Assembly (NCBI GenBank): GCA_963718915.1
Contig: CAVRAI010000004.1
Location: 360,001 to 392,000, forward strand
Length of the DNA stretch: 32,000 nucleotides
DNA from: an uncultured Chloroflexia bacterium
Lineage (GTDB): Bacteria > Chloroflexota > Ktedonobacteria > Ktedonobacterales > JADMIN01
Reading direction: 5' to 3'
Shown here: in pieces, positions 1 through 9,384 of the stretch
Position numbering within the stretch: position 1 is the stretch's first letter
Layout of the letters: each line of letters begins with the position of its first letter
Program-made: the position numbers and the translations under genes
The notes under the pieces: generated by a model
What the model saw: only the letters and a program-made list of their open reading frames with translations
Database searches by the model: none
What the model was told of the DNA's origin: nothing

Positions 1-86
1 TCTATCTTCCTGGCACTGGCTGTTACATCGTCCAGGCCAACTGGCCCGGCAACGGCTGGTTCATCGATTTTGCCGCAGGCCGCTGA
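1..86 (+). CDS. 3' end of a gene entering from the left edge (partial); product unknown
   Basis: Frame 3 is open from the window edge to TGA at 84-86. It translates to YLPGTGCYIVQANWPGNGWFIDFAAGR*, which is non-repetitive. It is convergent with the next gene. Too short for a family call. Confidence 0.3.
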   Translation, partial: YLPGTGCYIVQANWPGNGWFIDFAAGR

Positions 87-105
87 CCTGGCGCCCGCAC
101 ATTTC

Positions 106-1152
106 CTATGACAAGAACTCGAACGATTGCAGTATCTGCTGGAAGGTCGGTTCTATCGTCGCGAAGGTATCCACCGGGGCCAGCTCGAGCGCGTAGACGG
201 TGTTGCCACCGTGGATGGTCGCGAGCGCTATTGCGTGCATTGGCGTGAGCTTCCCATTTTGCTGCACCGTGACATCGCCCGATTCCTGTGTCCAGGTCTG
301 CCCCGCGATAAATACCGTTGTTGGCCCACTACGATTGGCGATTCCTGTTTTCTGCGCCAGCACTGCCAGGGCGCTGTCCGCCACCTGCTGCGCCGGAACG
401 TCGGTCGTGGCAAACGTCCCAACATTGAAGTTTGCGCCAGCGGTGGGATTCGAGAAGATGACGAGGCGTGGTGACTGATTGTTCTGGATGGTCTGCAGCC
501 ACCCAGTGGGATAGCCGACACTGAACACGTTGCCACTATCGGTGAAGATTTTGAGATTGCTCGCAGGGGTGGCTGTCGGCGCGGGTGTCGCGGTCGCCGA
601 TGCGGTCGCGGTCGGTGAGGCGCTGAAGAACGGGAGTCGCCCATTCGCCAGCAGCACACCCGCGCCGCCGACGATCAGCAACAGCACAATCAGCAACAGG
701 ATAGCAATAAGACCAGATGGGACGCGCCTGCGGCCTGTGTCTGCTGGTTTGCCGGGAGGCGCGCTCGTCCCAGCGGCAGGCGCGTCGAAGGGAAGCGCTG
801 GCTGGGTCTGTGACTCTGTAGATGGCATGGCCTGAGCGGGTATGGTCTGGGTACGCGCAGGCGCTGGTGGCATAGGAAAGTCCGCCGTCATGTCCTCAGC
901 GTTCGTAGTATCACCATCGTCTGAGGTGGTATCAACCTCCGCGACGCTGGCCGTTTCACTGGCTAAGTCGTGCGCTGGCATAGCTTCTGGTAAATCGCTG
1001 GGAAGGATACTCGGACGAGTCGCCGAGTCATCCTCTGCCGACGACGCCAGCACGGGCGCGGCAAGCGGCGTGCCACAGCTTGGACACGCCATCGTTGATC
1101 CAGGTGCGAGCGGCGTGCGCCGCCCGCAGAGAGTACACGCGATGTCCTGCAT
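106..1152 (-). CDS. Membrane-anchored protein: N-terminal zinc-ribbon, PT/A-rich linker, one TM helix, C-terminal globular domain of unknown function
   Basis: ORF 106..1209. The internal ATG at 1152 (MQDIACTLCG...) has a GGAG 8 nt upstream. CxxC-x13-CxxC (CTLCG...CPSCG) gives the zinc ribbon. The low-complexity linker is followed by a hydrophobic stretch (GLIAILLLIVLLLIVGGAGVLLA) and a roughly 150-aa non-repetitive C-terminal domain. The start could instead be 1209. Confidence 0.7.
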   Translation of the reverse strand: MQDIACTLCGRRTPLAPGSTMACPSCGTPLAAPVLASSAEDDSATRPSILPSDLPEAMPAHDLASETASVAEVDTTSDDGDTTNAEDMTADFPMPPAPARTQTIPAQAMPSTESQTQPALPFDAPAAGTSAPPGKPADTGRRRVPSGLIAILLLIVLLLIVGGAGVLLANGRLPFFSASPTATASATATPAPTATPASNLKIFTDSGNVFSVGYPTGWLQTIQNNQSPRLVIFSNPTAGANFNVGTFATTDVPAQQVADSALAVLAQKTGIANRSGPTTVFIAGQTWTQESGDVTVQQNGKLTPMHAIALATIHGGNTVYALELAPVDTFATIEPTFQQILQSFEFLS

Positions 1153-1294
1153 AGAACTGCTCCAGAAGAAGAGAGCCGGAAGGGCGCGCCAATGCGCACT
1201 TGTAGGCATACGCGAAGCAAAGCAACTCGCTCATGCGCATAGCGCGACGAGATGTACTGGCGCGCGTTCCCGGCAGTAGTGGCGTCGCGAACCG

Positions 1295-1594
1295 CTATTT
1301 CGTGTTCTTCGGCCCAATCAGGGCGTAAAGCACCGGGCCGATCCAGACGGGCAACAGAATGATCAGGGTCACCAGCCAGCCCCAGCGCTTCTCTTGAATA
1401 GAATCGAGGAACGCGACAATCCAGGCAATCGCATAGATGATAGCAGCGACTATGAAGGCGATGAGAGCCAGCCCGAAGTTACTTGCCTGTCCAAAGAAGT
1501 TGCCCTGCGTCATCAGCACGCCGATTACGGTCAGTGCGATGGAGATGATCGTGAGCAGCAGGACAGTCCACTTGCTCAATAAGGTTACTTTCAT
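1295..1594 (-). CDS. Small integral membrane protein with a PLDc_N-like C-terminal motif
   Basis: ORF 1295..1666. The likely start is the ATG at 1594 (MKVTLLSKW...). There are three hydrophobic helices. The tail W-x-LVTLIILLPVWIGPVLYALIGPK resembles the cardiolipin-synthase N-terminal (PLDc_N) small-protein motif, recognised from memory. Confidence 0.65.
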   Translation of the reverse strand: MKVTLLSKWTVLLLTIISIALTVIGVLMTQGNFFGQASNFGLALIAFIVAAIIYAIAWIVAFLDSIQEKRWGWLVTLIILLPVWIGPVLYALIGPKNTK

Positions 1595-1802
1595 ACCATG
1601 ATGCCCTTTCACATGATCGAGGGGTGCACAAGACGCTCCCCATACTCTAACGGACAAAGCTGACACTTTGCATTACATGCATAGAGAGCGTGCCATATTT
1701 GTGGGCATGAAGCAACCCCCCAAAGCGCGTGAGTGGGCTACGCAGATTCAGGTACGGCGGCAGGCCGTGCGCATGGGATCGCTGAAGTGGGCTATTAGGC
1801 CA

Positions 1803-2195
1803 TTATGGCCGTAGCCACCGCTCGCCGTAGGCGCGTAGCGCCGCGACCACAGCCACCGCGTCGCGCCCTTTTGGGGTCAGCGCGTATTCGACGCGGGGTG
1901 GTATCTCGGCGTAAATGTGGCGTGTGACTAGACCTTCATCCACCATTTTGCGCAGTCGGTCGGTGAGCACGCGCGGACTGATGCCGGTGGATGCCTGAAG
2001 GGCAGTGAAGCGCCGTGGCTCATCCGCAAGATCGCGTACCAGTAGCAGTGTCCAGGCGTCGCCAAGCACCGCTACTGCCGCCGCAACGCCGCAAAATGAC
2101 TCTCCGCCTGGCCGCGACGCCCCGCTCTCAGTCGATTGCGACACCGGGCTAAGCGTCTCCTCGTGATAGGTGTCTTTGTCTGTCATCATGGTCAT
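1803..2195 (-). CDS. HxlR-family winged-helix transcriptional regulator
   Basis: The core CGVAAAVAVLGDAWTLLLVRDL...RRFTALQASTGISPRVLTDRLRKMVDEGLVTRHIYAEIPPRVEYALTPKG is the typical HxlR pattern. It is divergent from the VOC gene. The start is ambiguous (ATG at 2195 or 2189; ORF-track maximum 2294). Confidence 0.85.
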   Translation of the reverse strand: MTMMTDKDTYHEETLSPVSQSTESGASRPGGESFCGVAAAVAVLGDAWTLLLVRDLADEPRRFTALQASTGISPRVLTDRLRKMVDEGLVTRHIYAEIPPRVEYALTPKGRDAVAVVAALRAYGERWLRP

Positions 2196-2286
2196 CCCCC
2201 AGACTTCGGGTATTGTATCTTTCTTCTCTCTCACTGGCAGAAATCTGGATCCTGCGTGAAGCTCTTGACATGAATTCATGGCTATG

Positions 2287-2301
2287 CTATACATTATATA
2301 G
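2287..2301. promoter_or_regulatory. Imperfect palindrome in the HxlR/VOC divergent intergenic region (candidate operator)
   Basis: CTATACATTATATAG matches its reverse complement at 12 of 15 positions (CTATA-N5-TATAG). It lies in the AT-rich 2196-2357 spacer between divergent genes. A neighbouring tandem CAATAGCAATAGCA is also present. Confidence 0.3.
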
Positions 2302-2357
2302 TTACTGTCATCACAATAGCAATAGCAAAACTCTTATCTGCCGCTGGAGGCATAGAC

Positions 2358-3308
2358 ATGACACAGGATACACAACAGCAGGGCACATCCGCTCAATCGT
2401 CGGTGATTGACCCTGCCACCCAGGTCGGGTTTGTCGCGTTGACGGTGGCCGACCTCGCACGGTCACTCAAGTTCTATACAGATATCTTTGGCTTTACGCT
2501 ACTCGATCAGAAGGCGGGTGAGGCGACGCTGGGCACGCCGTCGGCGCCGCTGCTTCTGCTGCGCGAGGAGGCTGGCGCGCGTCCCTGGCCGCACGATCAG
2601 TATGCCTATACGGGCCTCTATCACTTCGCGGTGCTGGTTCCAACCCGCCGCGACCTGGGACGCTGGCTACGTCACTGGCTGCAGTTGGGGCTGCCGCTGC
2701 CAGGGCAGGGCGACCATTTGGTGAGTGAGGCGCTCTACATCTCCGATCCCGATGGCAATGGCATCGAGATTTACCGCGACCGTCCGCGCAGTGAGTGGCA
2801 TTGGGATGATGGTCAGGTGCGGATGGCGGTTGACCCGGTGGACATCCGTGGTGTGCTGGGCGAGGCTGAGAAGGACGACGAGCCATGGGCGGGATTCCCG
2901 GATGGCACGCGCGTCGGCCACATCCATCTGCAGATTGGCGATGTCCCTCAGGCGAAGGTGTTTTACCACGAGGTGCTGGGGTTCGATATCGTAGCGATGA
3001 TGCCGAGCGCGCTCTTCGTCTCGGCAGGTGGCTATCACCACCACATCGGTATGAACATCTGGCATAGCCGCAACGCGCCGCCCGCGCCCGCTGGAACCGC
3101 CGGATTGCGCTTCTTTACGCTGGAGATTCCCGGCGAGGAGGCACGCGCCGCCATTGTTGCACGGCTCGACGCGGCAGGCATCATCCACACACAGACGCCC
3201 GACGCGGTGATTGTTCAGGATCCGTGGCAGAATACGCTGGTGCTTCAGATTGGCCCAGCGGGCAACGCCGTCACCGCCGACAAGCTGGTGGGAGCCGCGC
3301 AGAAGTAA
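2358..3308 (+). CDS. Two-domain VOC (glyoxalase/bleomycin-resistance/extradiol dioxygenase) protein, CatE-like putative ring-cleaving dioxygenase
   Basis: GGAGG lies 7 nt upstream of the ATG at 2358. There are two tandem VOC modules. The motif SEALYISDPDGNGIEIYRDRP and a second module (VGHIHLQIGDV...FYHEVLGF) are typical of the COG2514/CatE-like group. Confidence 0.85.
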   Translation: MTQDTQQQGTSAQSSVIDPATQVGFVALTVADLARSLKFYTDIFGFTLLDQKAGEATLGTPSAPLLLLREEAGARPWPHDQYAYTGLYHFAVLVPTRRDLGRWLRHWLQLGLPLPGQGDHLVSEALYISDPDGNGIEIYRDRPRSEWHWDDGQVRMAVDPVDIRGVLGEAEKDDEPWAGFPDGTRVGHIHLQIGDVPQAKVFYHEVLGFDIVAMMPSALFVSAGGYHHHIGMNIWHSRNAPPAPAGTAGLRFFTLEIPGEEARAAIVARLDAAGIIHTQTPDAVIVQDPWQNTLVLQIGPAGNAVTADKLVGAAQK

Positions 3309-3341
3309 CGGGCTGATCCTGATATCGCGACAGTGAAATGC

Positions 3342-3375
3342 ACCCCTTTCTGAGCATATGAGAGGGGGTATTTTG
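3342..3375 (+). terminator. Rho-independent terminator after the VOC gene
   Basis: ACCCCTTTCT-gagcatatg-AGAGGGGGT hairpin followed by ATTTTG. It sits between convergent genes (3308 end, 3393 end). Confidence 0.6.
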
Positions 3376-3392
3376 CATACATTGTGTTGCGA

Positions 3393-5057
3393 TCACACGC
3401 GGGAGTTGCGCCAGCGTCCGCTACGGAAGCGCCAGTACGAGAGGCCTGCCTGGGTCCAGAAGTCGAGCCCCATCGCCAGGCGCGCGCCGGGCAGCCCCCA
3501 GATTGGTATCATCAACGCGGCCACTGGCAAGCGCAGGCCCCACGTGCCAGCGGCGCGCACCAGCACTGGAAAGCGCGTATCGCCCGCGCCGCGCAATGCG
3601 CCGTTGAAAACAAAGCTGCATGCCGAGGCAGGCATCAGGAGCAGCGAGAGCCGCATGGCAATGTCGCCCGCGTTCAGCACAGGCGGATCAGCCACGAACA
3701 CGCCAAGCAGCATGCGCGGTATCGCCGCCTCGAAGAGGCCGACGACGAGCATCACCATCACCGCCGGGCGTACCGATGCCCAGACCGAACGCTCGGCAAG
3801 ATCGGTGTCGCGCGCGCCGAGCGCCTGCCCCACCAGCGCCGTCGCCGCGACCGAGAAGCCGAAGCCGGGCAGCGTGCCGATGCTATCCACGGTATTGATA
3901 GTCACATTGGCGGCATAGGTGATCGGCCCCAGGCCGATGACGACGCGGTTGAAGGTCAGCACGCCTAACTGGAAGACCACCAGTTCCGCCGCCGACGGTA
4001 TCCCAACCCGCAGCACACGGCCCATGATGCCGAAATTGGGACGCAGGGCGGTGCGGGTGAGCAGCGGCGCACGTGGATGCTTGCGCGTCATCAGGTAGGC
4101 GGCGAGGACGCACCCAAGCGTCCACCCTGTAGCCGCGCCGACAGCGGAGCCAACCACGCCAATCGGCGGAATGCCCAGCGCAGGGACACCGTTCATCAGC
4201 GTCCATGAGGCGACGATATTCGCGCCATTGACGACTAGCATCACCATCAATGGACGCCGCGCGTCGCCCGAGCCGCGCATCGCCGCGTTCATGGCAGAGG
4301 CCGCGCCCGCTGCGGGCATCGTCAGGCTGTAGACACGAATGTACGAGGCTGCTAGGTCTGCCTCGATGCCGGTAACGCCGAGTAACGCAATGATGCCATG
4401 CGCCAGCGGAATGGCCAGGCCGATCATTGCCAGGCCGATGATTGCGCCCAGCCAGATACCCTGGCCGACGGTGCGTGAGGCGAGGCGACCATCGCGCGCG
4501 CCTGTCGCCCGCGCTACCAGCGCCGTCACACCGATATTGACGCCGAAAAAGACGGTGAGCACAATCCAGGCCGCCGTGCTAGCGATACCCACCGCGGCCA
4601 CCGCCGTCGCGCGTCCATAGCCGAGCGCCTGAATTGCGTGATCGGAGAGGTGACCTGAGAGAAAGGTGTCAGAGACGCCGACGCCGAGCGAAAGCAGTTG
4701 CTCGCCGATGGAGGGCAACGCCAGTCCCCAGACTCGGCGTTTCAGTTCCGTATCGGTCTTGTCTGTCGCCTTGATCGCCTTCGCTGGCGTGGATAGAACG
4801 AGCGCGTTAGGCGACGGTGGTGAGTCTGTGATGGCAGTGTCGTCGCTAGCGACGATGCGCGGGCTAATCGCGCGCCGCCGACGGAGGATGCTGTGTTGGA
4901 ACGCACGTGGCCGTGGACGTTTTGATTGGCCGCGCGCTGGCCGAGTACTTGTGGTTGCCTTCGATGTAGTCGGTTGCTTCGAGATGACCCCAGACGATGA
5001 AAACGTGGTTCCGCGGATAAATGAGAACAGGGGACGACTTCGATTTGGCAGACGCAT
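3393..5057 (-). CDS. MATE-family multidrug/toxin efflux transporter with a long basic or disordered N-terminal extension
   Basis: The core starts near RRVWGLALPSIGEQLLSLGVGVSDTFLSGHLS and has about 12 hydrophobic helices typical of MATE/NorM. The ORF track extends to 5255, but GC drops after about 5040 and the ATG at 5057 (MRLPNRSRP...) is the more plausible start. The true start is uncertain. Confidence 0.85.
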   Translation of the reverse strand: MRLPNRSRPLFSFIRGTTFSSSGVISKQPTTSKATTSTRPARGQSKRPRPRAFQHSILRRRRAISPRIVASDDTAITDSPPSPNALVLSTPAKAIKATDKTDTELKRRVWGLALPSIGEQLLSLGVGVSDTFLSGHLSDHAIQALGYGRATAVAAVGIASTAAWIVLTVFFGVNIGVTALVARATGARDGRLASRTVGQGIWLGAIIGLAMIGLAIPLAHGIIALLGVTGIEADLAASYIRVYSLTMPAAGAASAMNAAMRGSGDARRPLMVMLVVNGANIVASWTLMNGVPALGIPPIGVVGSAVGAATGWTLGCVLAAYLMTRKHPRAPLLTRTALRPNFGIMGRVLRVGIPSAAELVVFQLGVLTFNRVVIGLGPITYAANVTINTVDSIGTLPGFGFSVAATALVGQALGARDTDLAERSVWASVRPAVMVMLVVGLFEAAIPRMLLGVFVADPPVLNAGDIAMRLSLLLMPASACSFVFNGALRGAGDTRFPVLVRAAGTWGLRLPVAALMIPIWGLPGARLAMGLDFWTQAGLSYWRFRSGRWRNSRV

Positions 5058-5371
5058 GAATGAAAACTCCAGAGCTGAAGGCACGGTCTTCTTGTTAGAT
5101 ATATATCTCACATCGCTCAGCAATACAAGCGGCTGTGAGACTATCTTACTGAATGTGACGTGCCCCACACTCTGGAGTAACCGTATGTGTCTGGCTACCC
5201 TATCCCGGACAATCACTCGGCTTCTCTGAGCGATGCGGTGTGTGATGTCTATCAACCATTACATGGATTATCGGCACTCAACACATACATGCCACAATGC
5301 CAGGTTGGACGTGGGACTGGTTATTCGGCCACAATCCACAGTGATATACTTTGGTGAAGGAGCAGGCTGCT

Positions 5372-5815
5372 ATGACCATCATGAGACGACTCGAAGCGGT
5401 CAGCGGAGTGGGCGCCGCTGTTCTGGGTGTGGTCGGCGCCATCACTGCGATTGCGCTACCGACCGCTATGCAGCGTGGGACGGCGCTCGACGCGCGAGGA
5501 AACGTCCTCGCGGTTCAGACGACACAAATAGGCTTCTTACAACACGTTGGAGCGCCAGTGGGCGTTGCGATGCTCACCGCGTTGGGAGTCCTGGCGCTCT
5601 GCCTCGCCATCGTCAGCCTGGCGCGGGGAAGCCAGCTCTCGCTGGCGACCTTGATATTCCTGTGGGTGCTCGCCGGTCTGCTGACCTACGCGGCTTTGGC
5701 CGCCACGGTGGTATTGGGGCCGAACTTCTGGCCGAGCGCCGCGCTCAGTATCGTCTGCGCTGTCCTGGCCACCGCGCAATTTCTCAGGCAACCAGGACAG
5801 CGACCCGCTCGTTGA
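5372..5815 (+). CDS. Hypothetical integral membrane protein (about 4 TM helices)
   Basis: The track ORF starts at TTG 5351. GAAGGAG at 5357-5363 precedes the ATG at 5372 (MTIMRRLEAV...). The hydrophobic helix pattern is clear. The overlapping 5233..5880 frame is Arg-rich and was rejected. Confidence 0.6.
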   Translation: MTIMRRLEAVSGVGAAVLGVVGAITAIALPTAMQRGTALDARGNVLAVQTTQIGFLQHVGAPVGVAMLTALGVLALCLAIVSLARGSQLSLATLIFLWVLAGLLTYAALAATVVLGPNFWPSAALSIVCAVLATAQFLRQPGQRPAR

Positions 5816-5819
5816 CATG

Positions 5820-6922
5820 CTATTCGAGCGCTGCGAAAGCTATTGAAGTCGTGCTCTTCTCGGCGAAGAGCTTGCCGTAGCTCTCGTAGCGTTCGACATC
5901 GAGCGTGCCATCCGCCACAGCCGCGCGGATGGCGCAGTCTGGCTCGTGCAGATGGGTGCAATCGGTGAGGCGGCACTGCCCAAGATAGGGCGCGAACTCG
6001 CGGAAGCAGGTGTCGAGATGGCGCAAGCGAGGCTGCTCCCAACGCCAGCGCGCGGATGCCAGCGGTATCCGCGATATAGCCGCTCATCGCTGTCGAGCGG
6101 AACGAGCCGCGTGCCAGTGGTGGTATGGCGTCCCTTATGGGTCGTCTCACCTATCGCGCTTACCCGCAGGGCCAGTCCTGGCTGTACAGCGTTCAGCAGG
6201 CTCGATTTCCCCACGCCAGATGGCCCGACAAATGCCGAGGTGCGTCCAGCCAGGTGACCGCGCAGCTCGCTGACTCCCGCCCCAGTGGTGGCGCTGGTCA
6301 TCACAACGGGATAGCCCATCGCGCGATAGACCTCCAATCGTTCGAGCAGCCAGTCGTCCGGCTGCTGGTCAACTTTGTTCAGACAGATCAACGCGACGAT
6401 GCTCTGTGATTCGGCGAGCACGAGCAGGCGATCCAGCAGGCGCAGGTGTGGCGCAGGCTCGCGCGCGGCAAAGACCGCGATGAGCTGGTCCAGCCCCGCG
6501 ATGGTCGTCAACGACAGATTGCCCTCACCCGCGTTCGGGTCGCGGCGGGTGAAGGCTCCTCCTGCCCGTGCGATGATCTGCTCGATGACGCCGCTATCGC
6601 CACCGGTTGGCAGAACGCGCACGCGGTCGCCGATAGCCACCGGATCATGCTCGCGCACGGTAACGCGCTTCACCTCGCGTCCCGCCCCGCCCCGCGATCC
6701 AAATTCCAGTTCTTTGCGCAGACGTCCCCGGATACTGCAACGAAGGATGCCATCCGGCGTCTCGACTGAGTAGAGGCCACGGCTCCCATCGACAATAAGC
6801 CCCTCCGCCAGCTGGGCGGCTGTGGGCGCCTCGAATGCGCCGGTCGCTCGTTCGGACTGACGCGATGATCGGTGTTTTGAAGACAAGTCGGTTGTTCTCC
6901 TGACGCTGAAAATGCCCGGCAA
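5820..6922 (-). pseudogene. rsgA: Ribosome small-subunit-dependent GTPase RsgA, interrupted by two frame changes about 45 nt apart
   Basis: Frame A (5840..6922) carries the OB domain, NKVD (G4) and GPSGVGKSSLLN (G1), and reads ...GRHTTTGTRLVPLDSDE before leaving the frame near 6083-6088. Frame B reads SGYIADTAGIRALAL (G3, DTxG) until about 6037-6042. Frame C (5820..6026) reads WEQPRLRHLDTCFREFAPYLGQCRLTDCTHLHEPDCAI, the C-terminal zinc-finger motif. The only start candidate is TTG at 6922. Confidence 0.8.
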
Positions 6923-7321
6923 GCGCTGTGGCCGGTATGTGATTTGTGGTGGTAATCGGACGTGCGGATGTTGCGCGACGAGCGATGCCCGCCGGAATGC
7001 GGATTCAAGGTCAGCGCCAGGGCCACCACGGCGGCTCTCTCAGCGTGTGGAGACGTTCTCTCGACGTGTGGGGAGGGTGAGATGATGGTGGCGCAGACCA
7101 TGACGCGCAGGTGCGGACATGCTCATAGGGTCACCCTCCTTCCAGCGCCATGACCAGGGGGTGTGTCATGGCAAATCAGACCGGGGCGAGTAGACAACTG
7201 TTCGCTGTCGGTCTCGCCGCACGCTATTGTACGCGATCACGCTGGCATGACGCAAGCGACGCGACACTATATAATGCAGCGGAAGGTGAAAGTACGACGA
7301 TAGATGCGAGTGAGGTGTGCT

Positions 7322-7867
7322 ATGGCTGGACGAGAACGCCCTTCGTGGGATGACTACTATATTAACATTGCGTGGGTGGTGGCGAGCCGCTCCAGCTGCA
7401 TCCGTCGCCGCGTAGGCGCGCTGATCGTCGTCGAGAAGCGCATTATCAGTACTGGATACAATGGCACGCCGTTTGGCGTCAAGAATTGCGACGAGGGCGG
7501 CTGTCCGCGCTGCGCCTCGGATGCGCCGAGCGGCGCCGGGCTGGAGTATTGTCTTTGTGTTCACGGCGAGCAGAATGCCATCGCCCTGGCGGCGCGACAA
7601 GGTACCGCGACTGAGGGCGCCAGCCTCTACGTGACCACACGCCCCTGCTTCAACTGCCTCAAAGAGTCCGTGCAGGCGGGTATCAGGGAAGTCGTCTATG
7701 ACCAGCCATATGACTACGACGACGAGCTGGAAGATGCCTATCAGTCGTTGCTGGCGCAATCAGGTCTGGTGATGCGCCGCCATCCATATAGTACGACGCA
7801 CTCGGTACCGCCAATCGCGGGGCCAGCCAGCGCGGATACCGGCCCGGAGATGCCCGATGAGGGATAA
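7322..7867 (+). CDS. dCMP (deoxycytidylate) deaminase, CMP/dCMP-type zinc deaminase
   Basis: WDDYYINIAWVVASRSSC..., then VGALIV...GYNG, a CVHGEQNA (H-x-E) motif and PCFNC (PCxxC) zinc ligands. GAGGTG lies 6 nt upstream of the ATG at 7322. Confidence 0.85.
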   Translation: MAGRERPSWDDYYINIAWVVASRSSCIRRRVGALIVVEKRIISTGYNGTPFGVKNCDEGGCPRCASDAPSGAGLEYCLCVHGEQNAIALAARQGTATEGASLYVTTRPCFNCLKESVQAGIREVVYDQPYDYDDELEDAYQSLLAQSGLVMRRHPYSTTHSVPPIAGPASADTGPEMPDEG

Positions 7868-7999
7868 GACTCTGCGTGTCTGATGCCATTGTTCGCGGGG
7901 TGGGTCATACGGTCACACTTTGCCGTTGCGGTTCGTCAACCAGGTAGGGTGTTCAACGCACCGTCGAACGATTGTCGAAACGCGGAAGGGAAAACAACC

Positions 8000-8386
8000 A
8001 TGTCGCTACAAGTGACCACCATCATGCTCGGAGTCGAGGACCTGGCCCGCTCCAGGAAGTTCTATGGGGAGGGCCTGGGCTGCGCGCTCGATCAGGATTA
8101 TCCCCAATTCGTCAAGTTCACGCTGGGTGATGGCTCGTCGTCGCTGGCGCTCTACCAGCGCAAGGCCGCGGCTCAGGATGCGGGCGTCTCCTCCGAGGGA
8201 TCCGGCTTCCGGGGGGTCTCTTTCCACTACATTGTCTCCTCGCCTGAGGCGGTGGACGAGGTCATGAGCAAGGCGGTGGCAGCCGGTGGCGGTGTCGTGA
8301 AGGCAGCGGCCGCGGTGCAGTGGGGCTACTTCGGCTACTTTAGCGACCCGGATGGCTACCTCTGGAAAGTCGCAACCGGCTCGTAG
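8000..8386 (+). CDS. Single-domain VOC/glyoxalase-family protein
   Basis: ATG at 8000 after GGAAGGG. MSLQVTTIMLGVEDLARSRKFYGEGLG...YFSDPDGYLWKV is the standard VOC beta-alpha-beta3 signature. Confidence 0.8.
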   Translation: MSLQVTTIMLGVEDLARSRKFYGEGLGCALDQDYPQFVKFTLGDGSSSLALYQRKAAAQDAGVSSEGSGFRGVSFHYIVSSPEAVDEVMSKAVAAGGGVVKAAAAVQWGYFGYFSDPDGYLWKVATGS

Positions 8387-8429
8387 GCCGCATCTGTAGA
8401 ATGCCCCATCAGGGCCACTAGATCAACAT

Positions 8430-8480
8430 GCCTCCTGGTCGCGAGCGCACGCCACCAAACGTGCAGACGTGCCAGGAGGC
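8430..8480 (+). terminator. Long hairpin downstream of the VOC gene (possible terminator)
   Basis: A perfect 9-bp inverted repeat, GCCTCCTGG ... CCAGGAGGC, with an inner GCACG/CGTGC pairing, followed by TCCCGCTTTC. The U-tract is weak. Confidence 0.4.
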
Positions 8481-8554
8481 TCCCGCTTTCAATAGACTTG
8501 TCTCATTGGTTTAATGGCATTACCCCGCTCTCAGAGAGTCGGCATTGCTGGCTC

Positions 8555-8583
8555 TTGACACGCTAATGAAAATAGTCTATAAA
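8555..8583 (+). promoter_or_regulatory. Near-consensus sigma-70-type promoter for the MBL-fold gene
   Basis: TTGACA (8555-8560), a 17-nt spacer, then TATAAA (8578-8583). It lies in an AT-rich stretch. AGGAGG at 8614-8619 precedes the ATG at 8628. Confidence 0.5.
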
Positions 8584-8627
8584 CTAACTATATTAGTAAT
8601 TGGCGTTGTGAGCAGGAGGTTCACTCG

Positions 8628-9362
8628 ATGGCGATCTCGATAACGACCCATGGCCAGTATCTGACTCAGATAAAGCGGTCAACGATCTTGTTTCCGATCA
8701 ACTGCTATCTGGTGCGTGAGGATGACGGGCTGACACTGGTTGACACCAACTGGACGAAGACAGCGGACGCCATTCTTGCTGCGGCGGGGCAGCTTGGCGC
8801 GCCGATCCGGCGGATTGCGCTGACGCATGTGCACGGCGACCATGTCGGCTCGCTCGATCCGCTCCATCAGACGCTTCCAGATGTCGATGTGCTGGTGGGC
8901 GCTCGTGAGGCGCGATTGCTCGCGCGCGACTTCAGCCTCGATGCGGATGAAGCCCAAACGAAGCCCCGCGGCGACTATCCGGTCATCACGACGCGCCCAA
9001 CGGGCATACTCCGGCCCGGTGACATGGTGGGATCGCTGCGCGTGATCGCCTCTCCCGGCCATACGCCCGGACACATCGCGTTTCTCGATACCCGCGACGG
9101 CACATTGATCGCTGGCGACGCACTCTTTACCTTCACTGGCATCGGTGTCGCAGGGATGTTCAGGATGCGCTTCCCGTTCTCCTCGATGGCGACATGGGAT
9201 AAGGGTACGGCGCTCCGTTCCGCCCGCGCGCTCACCGAACTTCAGCCGACCCGGTTGGCCGTGGGACATGGGCCAGTGCTCGAAGCGCCGGTCGCGGCGA
9301 TGAAGCAGGCGATTGACGCGGCGGCCCAGCGATTTCCTAACCATGGCGTGATCGCCTCCTAA
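8628..9362 (+). CDS. MBL-fold metallo-hydrolase
   Basis: A THVHGDHVG (HxHxDH) motif, a later SPGHTPGH and a C-terminal GHG. The length is typical for the beta-lactamase-fold hydrolase family. Confidence 0.85.
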   Translation: MAISITTHGQYLTQIKRSTILFPINCYLVREDDGLTLVDTNWTKTADAILAAAGQLGAPIRRIALTHVHGDHVGSLDPLHQTLPDVDVLVGAREARLLARDFSLDADEAQTKPRGDYPVITTRPTGILRPGDMVGSLRVIASPGHTPGHIAFLDTRDGTLIAGDALFTFTGIGVAGMFRMRFPFSSMATWDKGTALRSARALTELQPTRLAVGHGPVLEAPVAAMKQAIDAAAQRFPNHGVIAS

Positions 9363-9384
9363 GAGAGAGGCAATGCAGGTTCGT

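Noticed and set aside
127-1279. Multiple plus-strand and alternative-frame ORFs overlapping the 106..1209 gene (127..474, 200..478, 228..659, 530..835, 842..1279, 963..1240)
   Set aside because: These are shadow ORFs typical of high-GC DNA. Their translations are Arg/Ala/Pro-rich with no motifs, and they fully overlap a better-supported gene.
3358-5229. Plus-strand ORFs antisense to the MATE gene (3358..3918, 3384..3968, 3620..3898, 4339..4620, 4666..5229)
   Set aside because: They are antisense shadows of a gene with a clear 12-TM MATE pattern, and their composition is low-complexity.
5233-5880. 215-aa ORF overlapping the 5372..5815 membrane protein in another frame
   Set aside because: The translation is Arg/Gly/Cys-rich and featureless. 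The alternative frame gives clean TM helices and has a GAAGGAG RBS.
5820-6922. Programmed ribosomal frameshifting as an explanation for rsgA, and for the other split genes
   Set aside because: No slippery heptamer or stimulatory structure is seen at the junctions. Several genes need multiple shifts in mixed contexts. Indels, whether real or from assembly, are the simpler explanation.
6670-7153. ORFs 6670..7101 (-) and 6962..7153 (+), and a 28-codon minus-strand ORF (7040..7126) with a strong AAGGAGG RBS upstream of rsgA
   Set aside because: None shows family features. The long ones overlap the rsgA 5' region out of frame. The short one (MSMSAPARHGLRHHHLTLPTRRENVSTR) has a good RBS but no other support, so it is not reported as a feature.
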